Origin: Octopus vulgaris
Taxonomy: Eukaryota
Assembly: GCA_951406725.2 (NCBI GenBank)
Contig: OX597843.1
Span: 5,146,001-5,210,000 of the forward strand
Length of the DNA stretch: 64,000 nt
Direction: 5' to 3'
The notes under the pieces were generated by a model. It was not told where the DNA came from, did no database searches, and saw only the letters and a program-made list of their open reading frames with translations. This document shows, piece by piece, positions 1 to 13,570 of this stretch. The translations under genes were made by a program, and so were the position numbers. Position 1 is the stretch's first letter; each line of letters starts with the position of its first letter.

Positions 1-940
1 ATGCTGACCCCTGGAGGGGACGCCAGTCCATCGCAGCGTTACTCGTTTTTGACAGCTGAGTGGACTGGAGCAACGTGAAATGAAGTGTTTTCCTCAAGAA
101 CACAACGCGTCGCCTGGTCCAGGAATTGAAACCACAATCTACACTACATATATGTATATATAAATATAACACATGCATATATATGTATGACTGTGTGAGT
201 GCTTATGAGACAAAATTCAGTGGAAAAAGGAGAATGATATAATTTACAAAAACAAACAGCAAAAAAAAATTAACAAAGAAAGAAACATAAGTAAATAGGG
301 GCAACCCCCACCCCACTGGCTTCCAATTTATACACCTACACCAGGGAATATCATTGTAAACACTGCAGAAATGATTTGAGGTAATCTGAACCTATCACAG
401 CATTAGAGTGGCAGATGGCGGGACTGGGCTGCATTTTAAAAGTGTATACAGATACACGTACATACATTCATATATATACGTATATATATGCATATACATA
501 TATCTATATGTGCACATGTATACATACGTATATATATATACACACACACGCATATATATACGACAGGCTTCTTTCAATTTCCGCCTCCCAAATCTGTGGT
601 CGGCTCAAGGCCAAAGAAAAAGACACTTGCCGAAGATGCCGTGTGTTTGGGAAGGGAGCTTCTTATCACACAGCCACGCCTTTATCTATTCCTAACAGTA
701 TTTTCGGTCCTGAATACATCAACACAAGGCCTGAAATTTGGGAGGAATTCGATTTATCGATTACATTGACTTCAGTGCTCAACTAGTATTTATTTCGGAT
801 CAGGACACCCACATAAGTTGGAGTTTCGACGGGTCTCCCCCCACGCTTCCTGATCCGAAACTCTTCCCGATATTGAAAAACATCAATACATGTCGGAGTT
901 ACAAAGAAACGCGAGATGTGCTAGAAACAACAGCTAAACA

Positions 941-1308
941 GGTGCAGGAGTGGCAAGTAGCTTGCTTAACAACCACATGGTTCCGGGTTCAGTCCCACTG
1001 CGTGGCATCTTGGCCAAGTGTCTACTGCTATAGCCGCGGGCCGACCAAAGCCTTGTGAGTGGATTTGGTAGACGGAAACTGAAAGAAGCCCGTCGTATAT
1101 ATATATGCGTGTGTGTGTGTCCCCCAACATTGCTTAAGAACCGATGCTGGTGTGTTTACGTCCCCGTAACTTAGCGGTTCGGCAAAAGAGACCGATACAA
1201 AAGTACTAGGCTTACAAAGAATAAGTCCTGGAGTCGATTTGCTCGACGAAAAAAGGCGTTGCTCCAGCATGGCCGCAGTCAAATGACTGAAACAAGTAAA
1301 AGAGTAAA
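941..1308 (+). mobile_element. Bipartite tRNA/CORE-like SINE (family A), representative copy
   Basis: Head GG(C/T)GCAGGAGTGG...GGGTTCAGTCCC (A/B-box-like), CORE-like (C)TTGG(G/C)CAAGTG, internal (TA)n(TG)n, 3' half ending AAGTAAAAGAGTAAA. More than 15 near-identical copies in the window, e.g. 4251-4621(-), 13741-14122(-), 16320-16680(+), 21203-21685(-), 30681-31091(+), 37490-38000(+), 45045-45427(-), 46952-47364(+), 57253-57668(-). Confidence 0.85.
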
Positions 1309-1816
1309 TCTCCCTTAAATCACAGACATTTTCGTGTGAAAATACGAAGTTTTTTAACTATTTTTTTTTTTTGTTACTAAAAAGTTTTCTGAAAGCATCC
1401 AAGATACAACTAAGTGTGAATAAGAGACATGAAGGCCAGAGTTAGAATATCTTTGATCATAGGTCTGCTGGTTCAGGACTGACCTAGGGCTAAACAACAA
1501 CAAGAAGAAACAATCTTTCGACATTAGTAGACGAAATCATTCACCCACGCAGCCTTCTTCCTACATGACAGATAAAACAGGCTTAGCCCGACAAAGGAGG
1601 TGAACGACACTCTGTAGACCAATACCGAAAGAAGGCCAAAGATAATGTCCCCGCCAGATACTCTATGCCTAAATAAAAGAAAGGGTGGTCACGGCTAGAG
1701 CATGTTTGATCTACACAGGCCTACCGGAGGAGAACAAGAACGACCAGAAAAATAAGTAAAGACACATTTGATTTAAGTCCTAGGTATACTCAGCCAGAAT
1801 AGAACATATTCCTTAC

Positions 1817-1889
1817 CTACAGCCTTCATATACTCATCGAAGTTGTCGCTGCTTATAATTTGCCATTTTCCGCATAATTTCGAAGCCAT
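1817..1889 (-). CDS. FABP: Fatty-acid-binding protein paralogue B, coding exon 1 (gene continues beyond left edge)
   Basis: aaaATG GCT TCG...GCT GTA G|gtaagg translates MASKLCGKWQIISSDNFDEYMKAV(G), the GxW...S(E/D)NFDEYM iLBP signature. It is a 73-nt phase-1 exon, the same length as gene A exon 1. Confidence 0.93.
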
Positions 1890-2119
1890 TTTGATTAATT
1901 AAAAGGTAATTCCTAATTAAGGTTTCTCTCTTCCGACCGGTATACTCGTAAGTTTTTCTCTCTCTCTTCTTATGTACAAGCCTTCTGTTGTTTCTCGTCC
2001 TTCCACGCGTGACACTCCTGCCTCAGTTCTACTAATGGAAGGTCCACCGGTTAATGAACTGCTGTCGCTGTGTATTGAACCTGCGAGGTGAGGTTGAGCG
2101 CTGTTTCTGGGAGGCCGGA

Positions 2120-2164
2120 GAATGAATGAATGCAGAACGGCGCCGTGGTTGGTCGGTTTTTATA
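2120..2164 (-). promoter_or_regulatory. Core promoter of FABP paralogue B (TATA box + Inr-like)
   Basis: Minus-strand TATAAAAA at 2164-2157, followed ~30-37 nt later by GCATTCATTCATTC (TCAKTY-like initiators). No upstream ATG between this and the start codon at 1889. Confidence 0.7.
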
Positions 2165-2845
2165 GAGGACGGAGGGGGAGGAGTGGGGACGGTGAGAGAG
2201 ACAGATAGACAGATACATACATGGAGAGAGAGACAGACAGACATATAGAAAGAGGGAGGGAAGGAGTCGAGAAGTGTGCGCGAGTGTAGGCGTGTCTATG
2301 TGTGTGTATATACATCTACTTGTATTGTTGTGCTTGACATTATTTCCTGCTCTATCTGTGTGACAGTGTATACGCGTGTATATATTATACTCTGTGTATG
2401 TGTATATGCGTCTGCATGTTTGTTCAATTAAAAAAATTGTGTGTATGGGGGGAAAAAGTCAAGATAGAAAATAATTTATCTTGACTTTACATCAACTCGT
2501 GTGTTCCTTTTCATCCTTCCACATACATATTATACACACACAGATATTTTTTTCTGGGTATATCTACTACAAACTATTAGTAAAGTCATTCTTCTGTACT
2601 ACAACACAACAGAATAAATACCTATTTCTTTACTACCCACAAGGGGCTTAAACACAGAGGAGACAAACAAGGACAGATTAAGTCGACTATATCGACCCCA
2701 GTGTATAACTACCATGACCACCACCACAATAACAATGATGCCACTATCTGTTGAGATGAAGGTGTGTATATAAGAAGGAGTGTATATAATAGACGTGTGG
2801 GTGTGAGAGCATTGAAGAACATAAGTGTGTCTGTCTTTAATAGGA

Positions 2846-3340
2846 TTGTGTGTATATATATATACATACATATATATGTATGTATACATATGTACATGCA
2901 TATATATGTATGTATATATATGTACATACATATGTATATATACATACATATGTATGTATGTATATATACATACATACATATGTATATATACATACATATG
3001 TATGTATGTATATATACATACATATGTATATATACATACATATGTATGTATGTATATATACATACATATGTATGTATGTATATATACATACATATGTATA
3101 TATACATACATAGGTATGTATGTATATATACATATATGTGTATGTATATATATATACATACATATATGTGTATGTATATATACATATATATGTATGTATA
3201 TATATATACATACATATATATATCTATGTATATATATATATATATACATATATATGTATGTATATCTATATACATACATATATATATCTATGTATATATA
3301 TATACATACATATATATATCTATGTATATATATATATATA
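2846..3340. repeat. Compound (TA)n/TACA/TATG microsatellite
   Basis: About 500 bp of TA/TACA/TATG units; source of the spurious YIYI ORFs. Confidence 0.95.
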
Positions 3341-5119
3341 ATTATTTGAGGGAATATTATTCCTAACTTACAGGGAAAAATTCAATTTAGAAATACTAAA
3401 TCAAATTTCACAAAATATAATATAAATATATAAATTAGAAAAAAACACCTTTTATCAATTCAAAATGAACAATTAAATTACACATAATAGAAATATTAAA
3501 GCACCAACCGATTGTGGCTATTTGCTAGCCTCCTGTGCTGGTGGCACATAAAAAGCACCCACTATACTCATGGGAGTGGTTGGCGTTAGGAAGGGCATCC
3601 AGCTGTAGAAACACTGCCAGATCAGACTGGAGCAGCCTCCTGGATTCCCAGAACTCGGTCGAACCATTCAACCCATGCTAGCATGGAAAACGGACGTATG
3701 ACGATGGCCTGTCTATTATTCTGTATCCACGACAGACACACATACATTATTATATCAATAAATCTTCTCTTAATTATACTACCCCGTTGTGTCTCTCTGG
3801 CACTTATGTGTACTCTTCAATTATATATTTATCACATTGACCGTGTGATGTACTAGATGTACTAAAAAGCCATTCTCATCACCAACTCTCTATCCAAAGT
3901 GCCAAGCAGAACAAAGGAGCACACATGGGACATAGACTCACTGAAGAGATCTCAGAATGTGGGACAAAAGACTCTATAATAAGAATGATAATAACGCTTG
4001 TGTTTCATTGGCAAAATATAACAACACACACACATATTATGTTGAGTCAGGGTTTCTGTAATGGTTTGGCTTTATTTGTCAAGTTACAACCAAAGCCGCC
4101 CATCGTGTTGCACTGACTGAAGCCCCCTTTTCTTTGATTCCATAATCATTCCAATTTTGGTCCCTATTTGGCTGGGTTCTGCCAACCATCCTACCCATGC
4201 ATACAGGGAAGATCGACATTAAACGATGATGACGATATACATACATATATACTATTTTACTTGTTTCAGTCATTTGACTGCGGCCACGCTGGAGCACCGC
4301 CTTTAATCGAGCAACTCGACCCCGGGACTTTTTCTTTTGTAAGCCCAGTACTTATTCTATCGGTCTCTTTTTGCTGAACCGCTAAGTAACGGGGACGTAA
4401 ACACACCTGCATCAGTTGTCAAGCAATGCTAGGGAGACAAACACAGACACATATATACGACGGGCTTCTTTCAGTTTCCGTCTACCAAATCCACTCACAA
4501 GGCATTGGTCGGCCCGGGGCTATAGCAGAAGACACTTGCCCAAGGTGCCATGCAGTGGGACTGAACCCGGAACCATGTGGTTGGTTAGCAAGCTACTTAC
4601 CACACAGCCACTCCTGCGCCTATGTATATATATACACACACACACATATATATGTGTGTGTATGCCTCAGTGGTTAGACTGCTGGGCTCACATTCATGAG
4701 ATAGTGAATCTGACTCCCAGACTGGGCTGTGTTCTTGAGCAAGACACTTTTATTTTTCATATTGCTCCAGTTCACTCAACTGTAGGAATGAGTTGCGACA
4801 TCACTGGTGCCAAGCTGTATCGGCCCCTTTGCCAACATCAGTGGCATGAAGAGGGGAGGCTGGTACGCACGGGCAACTGTTTGTCATCCACAAACAACTT
4901 TGTAATTGTAACTTTCTAGGTCATACATGACCAAAAGGAGGTCTTTACTCTTTAAGTACATATATATCTATAATACAAAATCTAGCAAGAACTCTGTTCA
5001 AGCCAGCGAGTAATGAGGGTACAGCATTGACAATCTACCAGTAAGGGCAAAATGTGTCATAAAAATTACTGAGTCACTGCTGTGACAGTTTATGTTCTGT
5101 TTTGACATATATTGTGACT

Positions 5120-5310
5120 TTAACCCTTTCATTACTGTATTTCTGTTGAGATGCTCTGTGTTTCTTTCATTTACTTTAAATATAACAAAGAATTTAGTAA
5201 AATAACTTAGTTATCATTCAGTTAGTGTTAGGAACATAAATTGTGACTAAGGTTTGGTGGAAGATTTTAATTCAGAACTTATGAAAACAAGACATTTGTA
5301 CTACAGGGCC
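5120..5310. mobile_element. piggyBac-like MITE family copy (TTAA-CCCTTT termini)
   Basis: Starts TTAACCCTTTCATTACTG. The same body recurs at ~33835-34058 (ending AAAGGGTTAA) and inverted at ~60980-61175. Confidence 0.6.
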
Positions 5311-5324
5311 AGATAATAATAAGA

Positions 5325-5800
5325 GAGTATCAATCACATTTTGAATGAGTGCAGTATACTAGCACGAAATGAGTATAAGAGTAGACATGACTGTAAGCAA
5401 AAGAGTACATTGGAATGTTAGCCATGTGTGGCTTCAAAACAACAGAAAAGTGGTATGGACACAACCCAGAGGCTGTGATAGAAAATGAGAATTACAGGAT
5501 CTCTAGGGACTTCTACATGAAGATTGACCATACTAATGAAGCAAGAATACCAGATATGATCACAGAGGACAAAATAAACATAGTGTAAGGTCATAGATTT
5601 TTGCAATTCCCTATGGTAATAAAAAATTAGAAATATCAAGATTTAGCCAGAGAGCTGAGGAGAATGTCGAAAACTAAGACAAGAATTATTCTTGTAGTAA
5701 TTGTTACACTTGGCACAAAACCCAGAAAGACATTGCAATTTGCATCATCAAGCTGCTGGAAAGTACATCTTATATTCTGCAGAAATCTTAAGAAAGATTC
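5325..5800 (+). mobile_element. Degenerate RLE-type (R4/Dong-like) non-LTR retrotransposon, C-terminal fragment
   Basis: Broken reading frames give INHILNECSILARNEYKSRHD...ENENYRI...DHTNEARIPDMI...CKVIDFAIP, i.e. Zn-knuckle end, RHD motif and PD..D restriction-like endonuclease motif. Confidence 0.75.
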
Positions 5801-8027
5801 TTGAGATTTCAGATCTGTTGTTGCCAAACCTCAAGATGAGATATCTGCTAAGTAAATAAGCATACACTAGTGAAATAATAATGATAATATTAAAATAACA
5901 GCAGTAATTTTATTCAGCTGAATACACGTCATTGATTGGTTGAAATTACCGAAACACGACAACTTTAACGTGAAATAACTCCGTAAAGATAAGTTTTTCT
6001 CAAAAATGCTAAGAGTAAAAGATGTCCGAAGTTTGAAAGTGTTTAGTTACAAAAAATTATTTCTTAAATCTGTCGGTGAAAAGATAAAGATCCAAGGAAG
6101 AAGACAATATAGAAAAATGACGTATTTGTTTATCTCCTGCTTTTGTGTTGATACATTGAGAAAAAAACATGAGTGTCAACAATTTTTGACTCTCCCTCAT
6201 TCAGGAATAAGTATTTGAAATCTAGGTAGGTACTTTAAAACACCAGGATATGACCCAAAAGTGCAGTTTAATTGTTTATCTCAAACAATTGTATATATAT
6301 ATATGGACTAAGTGGATCTAGAACACACACGGAAATGAGAAGTGTCGCTGAAGAGATCACAGTTGTGTGACGAAAGATTTCCGGATAATAATAAAATAAC
6401 AGTAATAAATGAGTGAAGAAAAATATATATATATATATACAGTGTGCTTATTTGGCAAAAACAGAAATAATAAACAAAATAACCATCCCAAAATACATAT
6501 ATACACACATATATGTATATATACTTGTCTATTTATATATATAGACATCTATTTATGTATAAAAACATATTTCTTTTTTGAATGAAGAATGCTGAGGCAG
6601 ATAAACCTTTAAATAACTGTATGTCAATAATGAGTTAACAGCATATACATGAATGTTTGTATGTGTGTATATATATCTGTGAATGTGACAGATAAAATTT
6701 CTCTATTTACATAATATCGAGGTCTCTTTCTTTCTTACCATTTCTATCAATATATATATACACACACACACGCAACCTTTGTTTGTGTGTCTATATGTAG
6801 AGGATGCACAAGATAGCAGTTGTATTAAATATCAGAAAATCCGGCAGACCCACCCCTCTTCCTGTCCCCCACCAGTCCTTTATCTGTGATAAGAGACATA
6901 GCTGAGCTGATAAGGGGCCACTCGGAGGAAGTTGTGACAGCAGCCCCTGATGCAACTCTGAGGTGTCTGCAGCTGTTTTGTCCCTAAAAGGGAATCAGGC
7001 TTACCTTTTATCATGGACTAATCCCTGCTTAATTGATATATATATACGAGCAAAATGCCCCCTCCATCCAATAGACAGTGCTGAGTTGTCAAACATTTAA
7101 ACCAAATTCTCTCAAAACAACTTGTCCGACCGTCCCATAGGCCTCCCCTTTGAGAAACACTGATTTTAACCTAAATTTGAGACACCAGCAAAAGAAGAAA
7201 TAAAGATAGACTTTTTTTTTTTATATTCCAAAGAAAAACGATTTTATTCACAGAAAATATGCAACCGAAGAGTTTAAAGTAGCAGTAATGATAAGGCTGT
7301 TGACTGGGAGAACACAAACATGGTTTAACCAGTAAGCTTGGCAGGAAAGAAACGGGCCTTTAAGCAGTACAAGAACAACAAAAAATGGAAGGTGCAGTTA
7401 TGTACAGGTTGACGGAAGAAAAACAGGACAAAAACGGCCTTATCGATTGCATTCTCACCTGGAATCGATTTTTGCAAGACTTAGGGCGTCGGTATCCCCA
7501 TATCAAATCTGAGCGCAATCGGATGGAGGATGCCCGAGAACCAAGAAGACAGACAGAATGGATGGATTTTATATAAGAGGTGTGTATATATATATATACA
7601 CACACGTATATACATACATCCAGCAGTAGAAACGATGCCAATCAGACTGGAGTAGCTCCTCAGCTTGCCACCTCTCGTCAAATTGTCCAACCCATCCATG
7701 CCAGCTTGGAAAACGGACATTAAATGAAGTTGATGACATAACAGTAACCACATATATATTTCTTTATTGCTCACTGAGGGGACAAACAAGGACAGAGAAA
7801 GGGATTAAGTCGATTAAATCAACCCCAGTGCGAAACTGGTACTTTATTTGTCGGCCCCGAAAGGATGAAAAGTAAAGTCGACCTTGGCAGAATTTGAACT
7901 CAGAACGTAACGAATACCGGTAAGCATTTCGCATGGCGCGCTAGCTTGCCGCCAATACAGTAACCACCTATACCTACACACAATATATGCATGCATAACA
8001 TACATATGTATATATTACACACACATA

Positions 8028-8239
8028 CAGAGTGCAGTGAATAAACTGTCGTCTAATTTACACAAAAATGAAAATAACTCTGACATCTCGTTTTAACAGA
8101 TATATTTACCAAAATTACATAAAAATATCTTGAAATACTAAAGAGTAAATTTATTCAATAAAACCGCCATTGGCGTCGACCTTGGACTCTCCAGCAGCTT
8201 AAAAATATAAAATGGTGACAATTTACCCATCGCACCTTG
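8028..8239. mobile_element. Tc1/mariner-type MITE
   Basis: TA|CAGAGTGCAGTGAATAAACTGTC...GACAATTTACCCATCGCACCTTG|TA: imperfect TIRs flanked by TA. Confidence 0.55.
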
Positions 8240-8649
8240 TATATATACACACCTACATGTATAAGTGGAGAGACCACAAGAGCCATCAAGAAAAAAGTCA
8301 CAACATCCATCGACCGACGCAACGGAAGTACGAGAGCACAAGAATACAGTTGTACTCTATATATGGCAGTGTTCTGCATGATATCAGTTGTCGGTACTTG
8401 AGAGAGAAAGAGGCCAAGTGGGGATGGGTCACTAGCAGAAGTGTTTTGTGGTGGTGGTTGTGGAGGTAGTAGTGGCTGTTTGGCAGATCCCCATCATACA
8501 ACAATGACGATTCAGTTGTTTGATCTCAACAGAATTACCTGCCTTTGAATTAACATCTAAGTGGCTGAGTACTCCACAGGCACACGTACTTTTAATATAT
8601 TAATTCTCATGCAAAATCAGTCTGACTCAGGGCTAACCTTTTTAAAATA

Positions 8650-9150
8650 CGAGGTAGTCAAGCATGACCCCAGGGCGTTGGGTCTCACAGAGGCAATGAC
8701 GAAGGACCGAGATCTCTGGAGATATGCTGTGACTGCAAAGACCCGGGCTGCTTCCTGCACTAGTTCTGCATAGCCCCTGCCCATTCAAAGTACCTTGGAT
8801 TTCAGAACATCCCGCTGTGCTTGAGGAGACCTGTTGAGTCAAGTACATGAACATCGAAATAAATATCAAATAGTAGTTGTGACACCTGTGCCAGTGGCAC
8901 ATAAAAAGCACCATCCGAATGTGGCCGATGCCAGCGCCACCTTGACTGGCTTCAGTGCCGGTGGCACGTTAAAAGCACCAACTGATCGTGGCCGCTGCCA
9001 GACTCCAGTGGCACGTGCAAAGCACCCACTACACCTACGGAGTGGTTGGCGTTAGGAAGGGCATCCAGCTGTAGAAACACTGCCAGATCAGACTGGAGCC
9101 AGGTGCAGCCTCCTGGATTCCCAGACCCCGTGCTAGCACGGATGATGATG
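8650..9150 (+). mobile_element. RTE-clade LINE 3' end (ORF C-terminus + 3'UTR with (GAT)n tail)
   Basis: EVVKHDPRALGLTEAMTKDRDLWRYAV (RTE-type DRxxWR terminus), then GGCACGTAAAAAGCACC subrepeats and a GATGATGATG tail. Tail-only copies at ~3505-3705, 9900-10110(-), 23560-23805, 42955-43143(-), 59855-60207. Confidence 0.8.
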
Positions 9151-9349
9151 AATCTAATTTATGGGACTCATCACAGTTTCCCTTTATCCAGTTTCATTTA
9201 CAAGATTACCATATGTGTCACAAGACAGTACCACAGACAGACAGAGAGAGAAATGTAATGAGTGAGACCTCTACACAGTGGCTAAGCAAGCTAAAAATAG
9301 CAGTCAAATCTCCTTAAAAAAAATGCACCCTATGTATATATAATCTTCC

Positions 9350-9560
9350 TTTGGCATTCAGATTAATCTGTCAAATGTAATGCTTATTTATTATTTGGAA
9401 TTAATCCTGGATTATCTCATAGCTTTGAGATTTCAATGATGTGATTGTTTATTTTCAGACTGACATTGTAGGGTAGGTGTGAGAGGCTAGCCGTAGCAGG
9501 TTCGAACATGAGATGGAATAATCTGACAGGATATGGCTGTTTTCAATGCGAAAGAGTTAA
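9350..9560. mobile_element. Second piggyBac-like MITE family (CCTTTAGCATTC...AATGCTAAAGGGTTAA)
   Basis: Same body at ~18265-18585, ~18685-18890 and inverted at ~44620-44745; termini resemble CCCTTT...AAAGGG|TTAA. Confidence 0.5.
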
Positions 9561-10111
9561 GCTTAGATAATTTCTGTTTAGCTTCTGGTTTCATAAATTC
9601 CACCGTATTTGCAAGGGATTTGGTTATGAATTGAAAGCAATGCTGTTGAATGGAGAGTCTTTTATAAACATTTGGACCTAAACCATAGAAATTGTAGCTG
9701 TTATCAGGAATGGCTTTATGTAACAATGCTGTAAATTATACAACCTATTGAAACACCACTTTGTAGCTCAACACCTGACTGTATGTGTATATATATATAT
9801 ATGGGTGGGTGAGGAGGGGGGTATGTGTGTGCATCTGTGTAAAAATACCTACATATATATATATTTCTTTTTACTTGTTTCGGTCATTTGACTGCAGCCA
9901 ATCATCATCATCATTGTTTAACGTGCGTTCTCCATGCTAGCACTGGTTGGACGGTTCAACGGGGATCTGGGAAGCCTTGAGGCTGCACCAGGCTCCAGTC
10001 TGGTCTGGCAGTGTTTCTACAGCTGGATGCCCTTCCTAACACCAACCACTCCGTGAGTGTAGCGGGTGCTTTTTACGTGCCACCAGCGCAGGTGCCAGGG
10101 GAGGCTGGCGA

Positions 10112-10651
10112 ACGGTGTTGTTATCTGCTTGGCGGGATATAAAAGGTTGAGTCCACTTTGAACTTTTAAACCCAAACCAAATGATAACAAAGGAGATATA
10201 CTGTGAACAGATTGAGTGGATTAAGTCAGAACTAGAAGAAAACGACCATCTTTGGTTCCAAGACGAAAGGTGTTCTTCCATCAGGATAATGCTTGGCCAC
10301 ATACAGCGAGGTTGACATTCCAAAGGCTGGAGCAGCTTCAGTGGGAAACGATGCCCCACCCATCATATTCGCTGGACATTGCCTCATCTGACTATCATTT
10401 ATTCTGCAGTCTTCAAAATCATTTGGATGGGGAAAATATGAATTCTCTAGACGAGGTTAGAAGAGTATTTTTCATCATGGACAAGTAAATGTTAGAAGAG
10501 GGGCCTTGCAAGTCTCCTAAATAGATGGAAGAGCATTGTAGAAAATGAAGGAGAGTAAATTTCTGATTAAAAAAAGAACTTTGGTCATCTTAATTTTGAA
10601 AAATGAAAGAAGTATTAAAAAAACCTGCATTATTTATGGAATAATCCAATA
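10112..10651 (+). mobile_element. Mariner (D,D34D) transposase remnant with 3' terminus
   Basis: VHFELLNPNQMITKEIYCEQ, then after a frameshift FHQDNAWPHTA...PHPSYSLDIASSDYHLF (mariner HxDNA and YSPDLAPSD motifs). Ends GCATTATTTATGGAATAATCCAA|TA. Confidence 0.85.
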
Positions 10652-11451
10652 TAAATGTGTGTGTGTGTACAGTTATATATATATGTGTGTGTACAATTAT
10701 ATATATAATTGTACACACACATACATGTGAACCTCTGATACATATCCACAGACACACTTATATTTAAAGTCAACATAGGAGCATTTAATGAAACAAATTG
10801 GTTTCCTGTAGAGATGAGGGGGTGAAGTACGAGAGAGCATGTGTGAAGGGGTAGGTAGAGAGGGAGTGAAGTATAAAAGAGAGTGAATTATTAAAGAGGG
10901 TGAGAGAGAGGTAATGAAGTATAAGAGGAGTAGACAAGGGAGAGAGAGGGTTAGTATGAGTAAGAAAAAAGTGAGGTTTGCTTTCACAAACCCAATTACC
11001 AATTCCATTTTTTGAATCAGCTACATGCGCACACGCAACTATTACACAACCACACCATTCCAGGCTCAAGCTGTGTGGCTGCATCAATATTTACTGTGTC
11101 TGATATTTCAGGCCCACCCAGGGTCGCCCTCGGCTGGATCCCATGACAATCATGTGGCAGCCAGCCAGCCAGACAGACAGTATCATTTAACGTCTGCCTT
11201 CCATGCTGGCATCGGTTGGATGCTTTGACAGGGGCTGAGCCAGGCAGAAGACTGCACCAGTGTCTGTTTTGGCAGGGTTTCAACACATGGATGCCCTTCA
11301 AAAATTCTAACCCCTTTACAGAATGTATTGGGGCCTTTTTATGTGACGCTGGCAAAAGTGGATTATGTGTGGCATTGGCATAACAATTAAATAGATTAAT
11401 CAAAGAAATTAGCTTCAAACGAAGATATGCATACTGAGAGATATATATATA

Positions 11452-11831
11452 CTTGCAGCATCGCCCGGCGTTGCTCGGGTTTGTTTCGACCCTTAAGAAT
11501 TGGAATTTTTGAAAAGTAAACATTTTGCATTCTGTAGCTTGTTATTCTCTTTAAGTGGACATTTTTCTGGTTGAAATACACCGAAAAATGGAGACACAGC
11601 AGTCAAAAAATCGTAAAAAATAGGGTTTTCATAGAAAAAAAGGATCTGTTTGATGTAAATAGTTTTTGGTGTTAACATGGTCCGATTTGAATTTTTTCTT
11701 CTACGGAATGAAGAGCAAGCCTTCTTCTATCATACTCTCAATTTTGGTCAACTTGTGCTGCAGGGTCTCGGAGGAGATAGTGTTAGTTTGAAGGCTGCCA
11801 CACACAGACAACTTCAGCTTTATATATATAT
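11452..11831 (-). mobile_element. Non-autonomous Helitron, subfamily 1 (3' CTAG mutated to CAAG)
   Basis: Reverse complement of the elements at 43983 and 46182; carries the CCCGAGCAACGCCGGG subterminal hairpin. Confidence 0.75.
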
Positions 11832-12734
11832 ACTAGCCTTGAAGCTGCCCTTCAGGTGGCATTCCAGTTCGCTCCTGCGGAGGGTACCTTTGAGGCCTTC
11901 AGTCCTACTATTAGGCCACTTTGCATCCCTCTTGTGGTTGGCATTAGGAAGGGCATCCAGCTGTAGAAACCAAACCAAATCAGAATGGAACTCCAGGCCA
12001 ATGCTCAAAGCATACCAGCAAGGACACTGGAGGTTAAAAGATGATGATATATATATGTGTATATGTATATATATACATACATATATGTGTGTATATATAT
12101 ACATACATATATATACTCTTTTACTTGTTTCAGTTATTTGAGAGTGGCCATGCTGGAGCACAACCTTCAGTCGAGCAAACTGACCCCAGGACTTATTCTA
12201 TCGGTCTCTCTTTGCGAAACTGCTAAGTTACGGGGACATAAACACACCAGCATCGGTTGTCCAGCGATGTTGGGGGGACACAGAACAGACACATATATAT
12301 GTAGAGAGAGAAGAACAAAATAGAGAGAAAGAGGTAGATAGAGGGGGTAGACAGAGAGATAGAGAGAGGGGTGTGAAGGGGGTATCATCATGTACGTACG
12401 TATATTTCTGGCAAACATTAAGAAATCATTCCAGAGAATTAAGTTTCACAAATCTCCAGCTAATTACAGAAGGTCACTGCAGGCTGTAATTAGTCGCTAA
12501 CGATATATGTCAGAGTGATATCTAATTATTTATTTATTTGTGTTATTCGTTTGTTTGTGTTGTTGGAACCGGCACAAACGGGTGGTTGGGAGATATGGTT
12601 TGGAAGCCAAAGGGTGGTTCAGGGATGCGGTGGTGGTGCAAGGGCAGAACAAATATCTCAGGGGGGTGAGTTTGAAAAACACCTCATTATTGGGGTTTCT
12701 TTCTTGCTAATTGATATCCATCTATATATATATT

Positions 12735-13570
12735 TGTCTGCTGGTAACAAGAGGCCTCTCACTCAGGGTAAAAGGCAGACTGTATGACGCATGTGTGTGA
12801 ACAGCCATGCTACATGTCAGTGAAACATGGGCTGTGACTGCTGAGGACATGCTTAAGCTTGCAAGGAATAAAGCCAGTATGATCTGACAGATGTGTAATG
12901 TCAGTGTGCATACTCAACAGAGTGTAAGTGCATTGAGAGAAAAGTTGGACCTAAGAAGCATTAGATGTGGCATGCAAGAGAGACAACTGCGCTAGTATGG
13001 TCATGTGGCGAGAATGGATGAGGATAGCTGTGTGAAAAAGTGCCATACCCTAGTAAGTTGAGTGAACCTGTGGAAGAGGTAGATGTATACCTTTCCTTCT
13101 TTGGACATAAAACTCTGCTTGCGAAGACCTGTAGGGGTAAATGAAATCGAAATAGATTCGGTGACTGGCACCCGTGCCAGTGGAGCACCAACGGGGTCAC
13201 TGCCAGAGCAGCTGTCTGGCTTCCATGCTGGTGGCACGTAAAAAGCACCATTTGAGTGTGATCATTACCAGCGTCACCTTACTGGCACTTGTGCCGATGC
13301 CACATGAACAAAACATTCGAGCAACATCGTTGCCAGTGCAGCTGGCATGTAAAAAACACCATTTGAGCATGGTCGTAGCCCTCGTGCCACTGGCACGTAA
13401 AGGGCACCCACTACACTCTCAGAGTGGTTGGCGTTAGGAAAAGCATCCAGCTGTAGAAACTCTGCCAGATCAGATTGGAGCCTGGTGCAGCCATCTGGTT
13501 CACCAGCCCTCAGTCAAATCATCCAATCCATGCTAGCATGGAAAGCAGATGTTAAATGATGATGATGATA
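12735..13570 (+). mobile_element. RTE-clade LINE fragment (RT C-terminal region + 3'UTR)
   Basis: LVTRGLSLRVKGRLYDACV...SETWAVTAED homologous to the 48435-48842 ORF; followed by UTR subrepeats and a (GAT)n tail. Confidence 0.8.

Noticed and set aside
2599-3366. Long Y/I/M/C/V/H-rich ORFs (also ~22850-23370, 37027-37566, 51065-51557, 63459-63927)
   Set aside because: Translations of TA/CA/TG microsatellites, which lack stop codons in several frames; no coding signal.
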